DNA from: Squalus acanthias
Lineage: Eukaryota
Assembly (NCBI GenBank): GCA_030390025.1
Contig: CM059433.1
Location: 10,604,001 to 10,668,000, forward strand
DNA length: 64,000 nt
Direction: 5' to 3'
This document shows positions 36,585 through 49,666 of this stretch, one piece after another. The notes under the pieces are model-generated. The model did no database searches. It saw nothing but the letters and a program-made list of their open reading frames with translations, and was not told where the DNA came from. Positions within the stretch are counted from its first letter, which is position 1; each line of letters starts with the position of its first letter. Position numbers and translations under genes: made by a program.

Positions 36585-37207
36585 CACTGTGGCAACAAGA
36601 GCAGGTCAGAGGCTAGGTATTCTGCGGCGAGTGTCTCACCTCCTGACTCCCCAAAGCCTTTCCACCATCTACAAGGCACAAGTAAGGAGTGTGATGGAAT
36701 ACTCTCCACTTGCCTGGATGAGTGCAGCTCCAACAACACTCAAGAAGCTCGACACCATACAGGACAATGCAGCCCGCTTGATTGGCACCCCATCCACCAC
36801 CTTAAACATTTACTCTCTCCACCACCGGCGTACCGTGGCTGCAGTGTGTACCATCTACAAGATGCACTGCAGCAACACGCCAAGGCTTCTTCGGCAGCAC
36901 CTCCCAAACCCGCGACCTCTACCACCTAGAAGGACAAGGGCAGCAGGCGCATGGGAACACCACCACCTCCAAGTCCCCCTCCAAGTCACACACCATCCTG
37001 ACTTAGAAGTATATCGCCGTTCTTTCATCGTCGCTGGGTCAAAATCCTGGAACTCCTTCCCTAACAGCACTGTGGGAGTACCTTCACCGCACGGACTGCA
37101 GCGGTTCAAGAAGAAGGCTCACCACCACCTTCTCGAGGGCAATTAGGGTGGGCAATAGATGCTGGCCTTGCCAGTGACGCCCACATCCCATGAACGAATA
37201 ATAAAAA
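36585..37207 (+). mobile_element. CR1/L2-group LINE 3' end, second family
   Basis: ORF ATRAGQRLGILRRV...YKAQVRSVMEYSPLAW...LDTIQ; 3' UTR ends atgaacgaataataaaaa. Confidence 0.9.
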
Positions 37208-38744
37208 TACTATCGGGGCCATATCTCAGTCAGGCTGATGTGCAATTCCATGGTCACTGGCTGCCATCTCGTAATTTCCCCCCAAGAGGCAATGCTTCAT
37301 ATATGATCCTTGACTGCAAGTGCTAGCAGACTTCTTGGCTATTCAGGGATCACTGGATAGCGATGAGGTGCGGGAACTCTGGCTGATACTCCTTTCCTAG
37401 TAATCAGCACAGGCTGAGGATCGATGCAGCTCCTTTGAACCTAACCTCAACCGATTGATGAAATGATCTTCCACTCTGATTAAATAGCCCAGGCTGATGT
37501 TCCGTTTATTTTAATTTTACCCACAGGGAATATAAATTAAGCATTTGTTGTTCTTTTGGTTTCTACTGGAAACTGACTCGCTGATGTTTGATTGGCCGCA
37601 CCTCGCTGCTGCTCAGCAAATCACCGAATCAAGAACAATTTAACTCCAGTTATTGATCGTGTAGCAATCCCGAGGAACCATCTAACCGAAATATCAGAGC
37701 AGCGCTGAGCAGAGGTTAATTATTTATTAGTGGCTGCAGCAATTAATAACTTCCGCCCAGTTAATTAATGAAGCAGTATAATCAGCTACCCTGTAGGCTC
37801 AGTCGTTAAGTGCACTGCCCCATGGGCGGCGCAGAGCAGAGAACTCCCAGTTTCCATCCTCAGCCCTGACTGAGTTAGCTGTTCTCGGCCGATGTAGCCA
37901 CTACAATTGTAAGCTCTTCTCTTGGGGCATTGGTCTCTCTCGCTCTCCCGCAACCCCCGACCACCACCAAAGTCAAAATTCTTCCTTCTCCTGCTCTGAG
38001 ACATTCCGTTTATGTGAGGAGCATCAGATGAATGCAAGTTGCTGGACAGTGCCCCTTGGGCTAGGTAGAGGAAATATCACACAAGGCTGCAGCTCCTGAT
38101 GAGTAACTCATAGCTCCTCAGGTATGTGAACGTTGGGTAAGGACAGGAATGGACTTCACTTTTGATGCCACGAAAGTTGAATTGCCTGTCGACGCTGTCT
38201 AGGCTCACGAATGAAGAATTGCCATTTGAGCGAGGCACATGGCCAAGGCTTGTCACAGGTCAATGTCTTCAACAAAGGGGGTGGGGAAGGTAGGGCAGAG
38301 CATAAACTAGTGCGACCAATCCCTGACAATGCTAGTCTCCTTGAAATGGACATTGCTGATTTAGAACATTTCTCCCGGTTTAAGTAACCTTTGCTGAGTG
38401 CACTATTTTGGCAGTGCTTTGTGTTGGGTAGAAGAAGAAACAGCCAATCACAAAAATACTAGACTGTTGACCGTGTAAGAGTGAGTCCAACTTTTGACAC
38501 TTGTTACCAGTTGATAGATCTTTGCCCATCCAGCTATGTGGAAAGATGGACTGAGCATTAGGCCCGGAACACTGATCTGGCTGGTCTGTGCAGCACAAGT
38601 ACATCTTGATGCATGCACGCAGTAGAGGCCAAGTCAAACACGCCATTCGCTAGTATATAGCTTACAGGAACTCTTACACTAAATTGAAAGGGCCGCGCAG
38701 CCAATTATAGGGACCGCGCACGAAAAAAAATTAGAGGGAACATT

Positions 38745-39056
38745 GCCTGCAACCCACCGAGATATCTGCGCTCCTCCAATTCTGGCCTCTTGAGCATCCC
38801 TGATTATAATCGCTCCACCATTGGTGGCTGGGCCTTCAGCTGCCTAGGCCCTAAGCTCTGGAATTCCCTCCGTAAACCTCTCCGCCTCTCTACCTCTCTT
38901 TCCTCCTTTAAGACGCTCCTTAAAACCTACCTCCACCTGCCCTCATATCTGATATGTGGCTCTGAGTCAAATTTTGTTTGATTGCGCTCCTGTGAAGCGC
39001 CGAGGGATGTTTTACTACGTCAAAGGCGCTATATAAATACAAGTTGTGTGTTGTTG
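38745..39056 (+). mobile_element. L2 LINE 3' end
   Basis: IGGWAFSCLGPKLWNSL; (TTG)-like tail. Confidence 0.85.
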
Positions 39057-39972
39057 TCCCTCAGCCAAAGCAATCCAGAGTCATGCCAAACACACAGCCC
39101 AGTGTTGTTTAGAATTTTCCTTCTGCATAAACAAACCCTAAGCTTTGTACACAAACCAATGGGATCAAGATTGTAGAATCCTTGAACCTTACAGCCCATG
39201 GTGCCTGTGCCGGAATGACTGAGGTTATTGAATCAGCACTGTCCATCAGCAATGTGTTGTATCAATGAAACGGCAACATACCCGGATGGAGTGCATTTCT
39301 TAAAATCCTGAGCTAAGTGCACATATAATTTATTCTCCCAATTTTTTCCTCTGCAGTTTCGCAGGCAGCAGCCAACCTCGCGTACCTCACCCGCAGCCGT
39401 TCTTTGCGGCTATTTGACTACAGGAGGCACCCATTTTTGATCCTTTTTTTTTTACCCAGTAGCCACGCGTGCGCACTATCCAGCAGCAATCACTGCATGG
39501 CAACGAGGAGCGGGAATCCCGACTGATTGTTCACCTCCCTAACCTTGGGGACTGCGAGGCCATCTGTAGCACCCTTACCTCTGAGTCAGAGTAGATCAGC
39601 AAATTTATCACAGACCAGAAATTCCTGTGGAACCTTTAGTGTACACAGTGTATTGCGTGTTTTAAAAGCCTGAGTCAAGTGGGTGAATAATCTTAAGCCC
39701 CATTAACATACCTTGATTTCTCCGTGACATCCGCCCGTCAGAATGTTGACTTTTCATGTTGTGAAGTTTGCCAAAGTGCAGTGAGCCTGAATTAATCCAC
39801 TGTCTCCAACCCCCAATGAAAAAGTTCTCCAAACACTTACTTAGACAAGTCAATGAGCAGAAAACAAAAAGCACAAACCGCAGGGGGAATTTTCTAGTCT
39901 GTGTTTTCCTAGTTGCAGCTTTTAATTTTGTATGTGTGTGGTAATTAAAGTCAAGCCAGCAAAATACACTCT

Positions 39973-40817
39973 AAGAACATAAGAACATAAGAAATAGGAG
40001 CAGGAGTCGACCATTTGGCCCCTCGAGGCTGCTCCGCCATTCAATAAGATCATGGCTGATCTTCGACCTCAACTCCACTTTCCTGCACTATCCCCACATC
40101 CCTTGATTCCCTTAATATTCAAAAATCTCTCGATCTGTGTCTTGAATATACTCAACGACTGAGCCTCCACAGCCCTCTGGGGTAGAGAATTCCAAAGATT
40201 CACCACCCTCTGAGTGAAGAAATTTCTCCTCATCTCAGTCATAAATGGCCGACCCCTTATCCTGAGACTGTGACCCCTGGTTCTAGACTCCCCAGCCAGG
40301 GGAAACATCCTCCCTGCATCTACCCTGTCAAGTAATGTAAGAATTTTGTATGTTTCAATAAGATCACCTCTCATTCTTCTAAACTCTAGAGAATATAGGC
40401 CTAGTCGACTCAATCGCTCCTCATAGGACAATCCCCCATCCCAGGAACCAGTCTGGTGAACCTTCGTTGCACTCCCTCTATGGCAAGTATATCCTTCCTT
40501 AGGTAAGGAGACCAAAACTGTACACAATACTCCAGGTGTGGTCTCACCAGGGCCCTATATAATTGCAGAAAGAAGTCTTTACTATTAGACTCAAATCCTC
40601 TTGCAATAAAGGCCAACATACCATTTGCTTTCCTAATTGTTTGCTGCACCTGCATTTTAACTTTCAGTGATTCGTGTACAAGGACACCCAGGTCCCTCTG
40701 AACACCAACATTTCCCAATCTCTCACCATTTAAAAAATACTCTGCTTTTCTATTTTTCCTACCAATGTGGATAACTTCACATTTCTCCACATTATATTCC
40801 ATTTTCCATATTCTTGC
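39973..40817 (-). mobile_element. CR1 LINE 3' end
   Basis: Minus ORFs 40410-40913 and 40069-40527; (aagaacat)n tail. Confidence 0.95.
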
Positions 40818-41272
40818 ATTTTCCCTACTACTGATGTCAGGCTCTGTTTCTTTCTTGATTGCAGAGATAAGAGGCTGAGAAATTAAGGTTGCAGGCTGCA
40901 CACTGAGTCGCACACTCTGTATATAAAGTATAAGTAGATGTAAGAAAATAGGTGAACAAGACCAAAAGAAAGCAGTAATGAGAATTTTTCCACTCAGTGC
41001 CTTGCTCCCGTGCTAAAGTGTGTTAATAAAACTTAGCCCACTAAGCAATTGTTGAGGACTGATAAATTTTTGGTAAAGAGCAATCAAAAAAAACCCTCCT
41101 GCAATGTTGCTAAGGAAAATGGCAATATTTCAAAGTTTGAACAGAGCATCGACAGAAGTGAATAGTGTAGCCCTATTTTCACCTTCACAACTCGGATGCA
41201 GCACCTATTTTTTTGCTTTTTACGCTGCGCAGCCGGATCTTCAGGAGCTAATTCTGATGTATGTGTGTCAGG

Positions 41273-41870
41273 GTCAGAAGAAAGGTCATCGACCCGAAAC
41301 GTTAACTCTGTTTCTCTTCACAGATGCTGCCTGACCTGCTGAGTATCTCCAGCATTTTCTGTTTCTTTTTGTGCTTTCTTCTCCCAGGCTCATGGGGACT
41401 GGAGCCTGCTCCATTCTGCCAGCTTTTCGCATCTCCACTTCGACCTGTTTAATCCCCCACCTCCTCAGCTATTCACGAGTCCTCGGTGTCTTGTGAATGC
41501 ATTTAATTTCTTAGATTTTCACCTGTGATGCTTTCTCTTGTCTCATGCTGATATCAGTCTGCCACTTAACCATCTCCTGTTTTCCATTTCAGCATTTACA
41601 GCTCATTCTATCTTTTTTCTCGTGCGTGTGCACCGTACGTGTGCTGTGCGTGTGCTGTACATGTGCTGTGTGTGTCCGTGCGTGTCTGTGCATGTGCTGT
41701 GCGTGTGCGTGTGTGTTTTCCATCCCAGCTTTGTTCCTTTTATAAATTCTGTTCATCTGTAATATCCTCCAGTTCTGACAAAGTGCTCATACCTGAAAGG
41801 TTAACCCCTCCGTTCTCTACATAGATGCTGCCTGGCCTGCCAAGTGTTTCCAATCTTTTCTGTTTTTGTA
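41273..41870 (+). mobile_element. Two older direct-orientation family A Penelope-like pLTR fragments (41273-41370 and ~41700-41870)
   Basis: ggtcatcgacccgaaacgttaactctg...cagatgctgcctgacctgctgag, and a diverged second copy with a decayed hammerhead core. Confidence 0.75.
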
Positions 41871-42919
41871 CAAGAATTTGCCCTATGCTGGAATTGCTGT
41901 GGGCTTAAGCCTTTGAGAGTTGGTGCCTGCAGTCACGTGTGTAGGGCTACGTGATTGTACAGAACTGTCACTGATATAATTAGCAACTGGTGGCTCCCAT
42001 GAAGACTATCTCTACATTGATCTTTCTGAGCAGGGAAGAGTGGGGGCTAACTTTTCCCCGAGTGGAAATATCGCAGAGCTCATCATTCCCCCTGCTAACT
42101 GGGAAGAGGGTTAACCCAGCTGTGTTTCCTGGCATCAGACTAGTTTCAATATTTACGGTGCTCTCTTTCAGCGTAATGAATTCCTCTGGTTGGAAGCTTG
42201 CCATTTGGGAGCAAGAATATAGAGAAGAACCAGGCCCCCACTGTATCTGGCCCTGCCAGCACATCACGGCTCACAGTCACTCCCTCTATCCCTCCTAAGC
42301 ACCAGCTCAGAGTGAGCCTGAAGGCGGACACACAGGGGGACACACCGAGCACGAGTGAGCTGCACTGCTATGGATGGTTCTGCAGCACTGCAGTCCATCC
42401 TGGAGCATTTGGCAGCTTCAGGGGCATCTACGCTGGCGGCTCCCATGATAGAAGCCCAAAGAAAGTCTGTGATTCCTCCATGGGTAACTAACTGAACAGG
42501 GCCATCTCTTCTGACTGCCAAATGAGTGGCGACCAGTTGCGGACAAGTATCTCACAGGGATTCGCTCATCTTATTGGATAAAAATATAACTCTCCACATG
42601 ACTGAAGTCCCTCATCCCTGGCACCATTCTAGTAAATCTCCTCTGCACCCTCTCCAAGGCCTTGACATCCTGCCTAAAGTGCGGTGCCCAGAATTGGACA
42701 CAATACTCCAGCTGAGGCCTAACCAGTGTTTTATAAAGGTTTAGCACGACTTGCTTGCTTGCGTGAGTATTTAATTTATTTCCGTTAAATCTTTAAAAAG
42801 AAAACTCCCACTTGTCACGTTATGCCCTTCCTCTTCAGATTAGGAGAGGCTGATGTTCTTCCATTGCCTTTGTTTATTCTGGCAATAGTGGAACTTTTGT
42901 GGACCTCCTATATATATAT

Positions 42920-43337
42920 AAAAGAAAGACTTGCATTTTATCAGCACCTTTCATTGAACCTCAGGATGTCCCAAAGCACTTTACACCCAATTAAGTACTT
43001 TTTGAAGTGTTGTTACTGTTGTAATGTAGGCAGCCAATTAGCAAGCAAACAGCAATGAGATAAATGATAAATGTTTTAGGTGTTGGTTGAGGGAGAAGTC
43101 CACTGCTCTATCTTCAAATAGTGCCATGGGGCATTTTATATCCACCTGAGTAGAGCCAATGCCCAACATGGTCTCAGATTATCATCTCATCCAAATGATG
43201 GCACTTCTGACAGTTCTGCACTCGCTCAGAACTGCACTGGAGTGTCAGCCTAGTGTTTCGTGCTACAAGTTTGTGGAGTGGGACTTGAACCCACAACCTT
43301 CTGGTTCAGAGGCAAGAATGCTACCAACTGAGCCACC
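42920..43337 (-). mobile_element. Old Deu-domain SINE
   Basis: Diverged reverse complement of the SINE consensus seen in this window. Confidence 0.8.
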
Positions 43338-43707
43338 AGCTGGAGGACGACTTGGGTACTTATCTAAATATCTCTCTATTAGTGCTTAGTGCACCAGTCT
43401 TCTAGGCTGCACTGGTGTTTTCTGAGCTCCTCCCTCATTTCACTGCCTCCCTACTGCGCTGGCTCACCTTCTGGATTTTGTTCTTCTTTGTCCAAGGTTA
43501 GGTCTCTTTGCAGAGCAGAGTTACTAGACATGCAGCACACAATGATGATAGTGTGGACTGGAGTTACGTGCACGTCAGACTGGGTAGGGCTGGCAGGTTC
43601 CCAGTTAGGTTTTTTACAGCAATCCAGCAGCTTTCATGTCATTTTTTGTCTAGATTTATCGAATTAAGTTTCATAACTTTCCACAGTAGGATTCAAACTA
43701 ATGACCT

Positions 43708-44006
43708 AGTCACCATCTCAGAATAAGGGGTCGGCCATTTAGAACTGAGAGGAAGAGAAATGTCTTCACTCAAAGGGTTGTGAATCTTTGGAATTCTCTA
43801 TCCCAGAGAGCTGTGGATGCTCAGTCGTTGAGTATATTCGAGATAGAGATCGATAGATTTTTGGATATTAAGGAAATCAAGGGATCTGGGGGATAGTGTG
43901 GGAAGGTGGAGTTGAGGTAGAAGATCTGCCATGATCTTATTGAATGGTGGAGCAGGCTCAAAGGGCCGAATGGCCTACTCCTGCTTCTATTTCTTATGTT
44001 CTTATG
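43708..44006 (+). mobile_element. CR1 3' end fragment
   Basis: HLRIRGRPFRTE...WNSL and ttcttatgttcttatg tail. Confidence 0.88.
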
Positions 44007-47000
44007 ACCTCTGGGTTGGAAGTTCAGTACCATAACTGTTACACTACTGTAGTGACTGTGTGTGCACGTGTGAATAGCAGGTGAGGGAAGAAGCAGTCTC
44101 AGCTGTGATGCCCTCTGTGGTAGAATAACCGGTTGACAGTCACTGTCCAAGTTCACATATGAAGCAATGGGCAATTATAGGGATTGAAGTGCATTGGGCA
44201 CTGGCTCCTCATATTATCAGAGGCAGACCTACTCCACACCTGATGCACCTCGCTCACCTCAAAGCTCCTTCCAGCATGTAGAAAATGTGTGCAAGGTTCA
44301 TTAAAGCCCCAGAAGCCTCCCCATAATGTCATGTGGAGTGCCAGGACAGAGCTGTAGCTGCCGAGTGAGCGTTTACAATGGATGCTTCGGGAAAGGCCGG
44401 TGGAGATTTAAAACACTTTTGATTCTGGGGGTGGGGGGGAAGGGGGAGGTTCATCTTTAACTGTTGCTCCTGTTCCTTTTTGGTCCTTTACTGGCCAATT
44501 CTTACATAGGATTACATAGGATATACGGCACAGAAACAGGCCATTCGGCCCAACCAGTCCATGCCGGCCTTTATGCTCCACTCGAGCCTCCTCCCGTCTT
44601 TCCTCATCTAAATCTAGCAACGTAACCCTCTATTCCCTTCTCCCTCATATGCTTGTCCAGCCTCCCCTTAAATGCATCTATACTATTCGCTTCAACCACT
44701 CCCTGTGTTAGCGAGTTCCACATTCTCACCACTCTTTGGGTAAAGAAGTTTCTTCTAAATTCCGTGTTGAATTTATTGGTGACTATCTTATATTGATGGC
44801 CTCTAGTTATGCTCTTCCTCACAAGTGGAAACATTCTCTTTGTATCCACTCTATCAAAACCTTTCATAATTTTAAAGACCTCTATTAGGTCACCCCTCAG
44901 TCTTTTTTTCAAGAGAAAAGAGACCCAGCCTGTTCATCCTTTCCTGATATGTATACCCTCGCATTTCTGGTATCATCCTTGTAAATCTTCTCTGCACCCT
45001 CTCCAGTGCCTCTATATCCTTTTTATAATATGGCGACCAGAACTGCACACAGTATTCCAAGTGTGGTCTAACCAAGGTTTGATACAGGTTTAGCATAACT
45101 TCCCTACTTTTCAATTTTATCCCTCTAGAAATAAACCATAGTGCTTGGTTTGCTTTTTTTATGGCCTTGCATTAACGTTAGTTGTGGCGCAACTTTTAGT
45201 GATTTGTGTATTTGTACTCAGATCCCTTTGTTCCTCTACCGCACCTAGACTCGCACCCTCCAAGTGATAAGTGACCTCCCTATTCTTCCTACCAAAATGT
45301 AATACCTCACATTTATCTGTGTTGAACTTCATTTGCCAATTATATGCCCATTCTGCAAGTTTATTAATGTCCTCCTGTAATTTGTTGCAATCCTCCTCAG
45401 TATTGACTATCCCCCCCAATTTGGTGTCATCCGCAAATTTAGAAATTGTGTTTTTGATTCCTAAGTCTAAATCGTTAATGTAAATTGTGAACAGCAGTGG
45501 TCCCAGCACTGATCCTTGTGGAACACCACTACCCACCTTCTGCCACTGTGAATAGCTACCCTTTACTCCCACTCTCTGCTTTCTGTCTTGAAGCCAGCCA
45601 GCAATCCATTCTGCTACTTGTCCCCTGACTCCGCATTCTCTGACCTTATTCATTATTCTATTATGGGGTACCTAATCGAAGGCCTTTTGAAAATCTAGAT
45701 CAAGTACATCTACTGCATTACCATTGTCTACTCTCTCTGTTACCTCTTCAAAAAATTCAATAAGGTTGGTCAAGCAAGATTTTCCCTTTTGAAATCCATG
45801 CTGACTATTCATTATTATACTTTTCATTTCTAGATGTTCTTCTATTTTCTCCTTTAGTAGGGATTCCATTATTTTTCCTACCACCGATGTTAAGCTGAAT
45901 GGTCTATAATTCTCTGGACATGTTCTATCCCCCTTCTTAAATATAGGTATTATGTTAGCTATCCGCCAGTCCTCTGGCACTACACCTTTTTCTAACGAAT
46001 TATTAAATATGTGTAGTAATGCCTCTACTATCTCTTACCTAGATTCTTTTAAAATGCGTGGATGCAATCCATCCGGACCAGGGGTTTTATCCTCTTTGAG
46101 TTTGATTAGTTTATTTAATATATCCCTTTTTTAAATTTTAAATGCACTTTTCTCATTACTAATCTCATCATCCAATGTCATGTCCACCTGTTCTATCTCC
46201 CTGGTAAATACCAAAGTGAAATAATGACTTAATATTTCTGCCATCTCCCTATCGTTACCTGTGGTATTATCTTGACTATCCCTTAATGGCCCTATTCCCA
46301 TCCCAACCTTCCTTTTTTTATTGATGTGCCTGTAAAATATTTTACTATTTTGTTTTATGTTCCTTGATAATTTAATTTCATAGTTCCTCTTTGCCTTCCT
46401 AATTGCTTTTCTTGACTTCTCTCCTAATCCCTTCGTATTCTCTCTTATCATGCACTCCCCTACTGTCTATGTACTTAATGTATGCCTCTTTCCTTACCCT
46501 CAATTGTTCCCTTATGTCTTTATTCATCCATGGAGTCTCATTAGTGTTTAGTTTGTTCATTCCTTTTAGCGGAATATATTTTTCCTGCACTCTGTTGAAC
46601 ACCATTTTAAATGTTTCCCATTGTTGCTCTACATCGTTGTTTGCCAATATTGTTGCCCATTTTATCTTCCCAAGTTCTATTCTCAGCCCCTCAAAATGAG
46701 CTTTTCTCCAATCTATTAACCTGGTTTTTGTCATACTTATGTCCTTCTCTAATATCATCTTAAAGCATATTATATTATGGTCACTATTGCCTATATGTTC
46801 CCCTACTTTTACTTCTCTTATCTGCTCTGGCTCATTCCCCATAACTAGATCTAATAGCGAATCCTCCCTTGTTGGGCTTTTTACATATTGGGTTAGAAAG
46901 GAGTCCTGTAGACATTGTAGGAACTCTATTCCCTTATCCCCTTTATCTACCTCTTCTGTCCAATTAATATCGGGGTAGTTGAAATCCCCCATGATTATTA

Positions 47001-48085
47001 TTCTATGTTTTTTACTCATTTCTCTAATTTGTCTGTGTATTTCTTCCTCCACTTCCCTTCCACTATTAGGTGGTCTGTAGACTACGCCTATTAGTGTGAT
47101 TGATCCTTTATTATCTTTTATCTCTATCCATATGGATTCTATTTTTGTCTTGCTGATATCTATATCCCTTTTTTCTACTGCCATTATGTTATCCCTAATA
47201 AGTACAGCTACTCCACCTCCCCTTTTTCCCTCTCTATCTTTTCTAATTATGTTATACCCTGCAATGATTTTTCAGTAGCCATGTCTCAGTAATCCCTATT
47301 CTGTCTGGTTCCTCCCAATGCATGATTGCCTCCAGCTCCCCTGTTTTATTACGGACATTGTGTGCATTGCTGTACAGACAGTTTAACTCATTTTTAATAG
47401 GATTTCCTCTCACTTTATGTTTAACCATCTTTTCAGACTCCTGATTTTTAACTCTATTTGCTCTCTTGCTGTCAATGTCTTCCCTTACTTTGTTCTTTCC
47501 TGTGCTCACTTTTCCTGTTTTGTTTATATTTAGGCTGCTTACGTTTCTTGTAGATCCCTCCCCCCTTCTTACTAGTTTAAAGCCTTTGCCACCTCCCTAT
47601 TTACCCTTTCTGCTGGGACACGGGTCCCATCCTGGTTTAGGTGGAGCCCGTCCCATCGGTACAGCTCCTTCCTGTCCCAGAACTGTTGCCAGTGTCCCAT
47701 GAAAAGGAACCCCTCTTTCCCACACCAGCCCTTTAGCCACGTGTTAATTCTCCTGATCTGTCTGCTTCTATGCCAATTTGCACGTGGCTCAGGCAATAAT
47801 CCAGAGATCATTACCCTCGAGATCCTGCTTTTTAATTTAGAGACTAACTCCTGATACTCTTTCAGCAGGACCTCCTCTCTGTTCCTACCTATGTCGTTTG
47901 TTCCAACATGGACCACGACAACTGGATTTAGCCCCTCCCTTTCCAAGTTCCTCTCCAGCCGCCGTGAGATGTCCCTTATCCTGGCACCGGGTAGGCAACA
48001 CACCCTTCGTGGCTGCAGAGGACTCTATCTATCCCCCTAATTATAGAGTCCCCTATTACTACCACATTTCTATTTTGATCTCTCT

Positions 48086-48317
48086 CCCCCCCTCCCCCCC
48101 CCCACACCCACCCCCCCCCCCCACCCCCCCCCCCCCACCCCCACCCCCCCCCCCCCCCCCACCCCCCCCCCCCCCCCCACCCCCCCCCCCCCCCACCCCC
48201 CCCCCCCCACCACCCCCCCCACCACCCCCCCCCCCCCCCCACCCCCCCCCCCCCCACCACCCCCCCACCACCCCCCCCCCCCCCCCACCCCCCCCCCCCA
48301 CCCCCCCCCCCCACCCC
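48086..48317 (-). repeat. ~230-bp G-tract (G runs broken by single T) inside CR1 ORF1
   Basis: Plus strand is almost pure C with occasional A. Confidence 0.9.
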
Positions 48318-48977
48318 ACTTGGACAGCCTTCTGAGCCACGGTGCCTTGGTCTGCATTGTGGCTGTCCTCCCTGCAGTCTTTCTCCTTGTCCTCACAGGT
48401 AGCGAGTACATCGTACCTGTTGGACAGGACCAGTGTCTGCGGGACCTCCTTTTCAACCTCTCCTAAATCCCCGCTACCCACCTCCCTAACAGTCACACTC
48501 TCCCATTCCTGAACCTGTGCTTTCCTCTGGGGTGTGACTGTATTCTGCATAAAACTGTCCAGAAAATCCTCCCCCTCCCTTGTGTGTCGGAGTGTCTCCA
48601 GCTCAATGACTCCGAGCCGGAGAGATTCGAGATGGAGACATCTCCTGCAGACATGTTCGCTCGGGACAGTCTCGCTGTCCACAAACTCCCACATACTGCA
48701 GTCCAGACACACAACCTGCCCTGCCATATCTTAGTCTAACCTCATTTTATTTATTTAATTAGTTAAAGTCTTTATTCAATGATTATTTATAGTTATATTA
48801 AATAGTTTAACTAGTTAAGCTATAAATTTAATACAGTACTTTGTAGCTTCCCACACCTAGCTTAAACCACTGTCCCAGGTTAGAGAGAAAAAAAACTTAA
48901 TACTCACCAACCAATCACCTACCTGCTGTCCTGTGACGTCACTCTTCATTTTTTGGGGGAAATCATCGACGGTTCGG

Positions 48978-49666
48978 CCACTCCTGGTGTCTCCAATCAG
49001 GTCGGCGCTGTTTCATGCTCCACTCCTGGTGTCTCCAATCAGGTCGGTGCTGTTTCATGCTCCACTCCTGGTGTCTCCAATCAGGTCGGCGCTGTTTCAT
49101 GCTCCACTCTTGGTGTCTCCAATCAGGTCGGCGCTGTTTCATGTTCCACTCCTGGTGTCTCCAATCAGGTCGGTGCTGTTTCATGCTCCACTCCTGGTGT
49201 CTCCAATCAGGTCGGCGCTCTTTCCCCCGCTGTTTCATGCTCCACCACTGGTGTCTCCAATCAGGTCGGCGCTGTTTCATGCTCCACTCCTGGTGTCTCC
49301 AATCAGGTCGGCGCTGTTTCATGCTCCACTCCTGGTGTCTCCAATCAGGTCGGTGCTGTTTCCCCCGCTGTTTCATGCTCCACTCCTGGTGTCTCCAATC
49401 AGGTCGGTGCTGTTTCATGCTCCACTCCTGGTGTCTCCAATCAGGTCGGTGCTGTTTCCCCCGCTGTTTCATGCTCCACTCCTGGTGTCTCCAATCAGGT
49501 CGGTGCTGTTTCATGCTCCACTCCTGGTGTCTCCAATCAGGTCGGTGCTGTTTCATGCTCCACTCCTGGTGTCTCCAATCAGGTCGGTGCTCTTTCCCCC
49601 GCTGTTTCATGCTCCACTCCTGGTGTCTCCAATCAGGTCGGTGCTCTTTCCCCCGCTGTTTCATGC
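48978..49666. repeat. Tandem array of 15 units (42 bp; five 54-bp variants) at the CR1 5' end
   Basis: Unit ccactcctggtgtctccaatcaggtcggygctgtttcatgct; the variant adds 12 bp. Confidence 0.95.

Larger units (their letters stand above)
44502..49666 (-). mobile_element. Near full-length CR1 LINE (5' array, ORF1 zinc-finger plus SGNH esterase, ORF2 APE endonuclease plus RT), frameshifted
   Basis: ORF1 CLDC..CRRC, GDSIIRG, HVGTND, DGLHLN; ORF2 YSNA, ITETW, YRPP, MGDFNYP, SDH, QHGF, GVPQGS, FADDTK; tail at about 44502-44522. Confidence 0.95.

Noticed and set aside
38610..38745. hAT-type MITE
   Set aside because: Only one TIR-like end (ttagagggaacattg) found; no partner end or 8-bp TSD.
41980..42560. 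Coding-looking segment
   Set aside because: Only short broken ORFs; possibly a decayed transposon gene but no motif I can support.
47898..48456. Poly-Pro or poly-Gly (formin/extensin-like) proteins
   Set aside because: Translations of the C/G tract inside CR1 ORF1.
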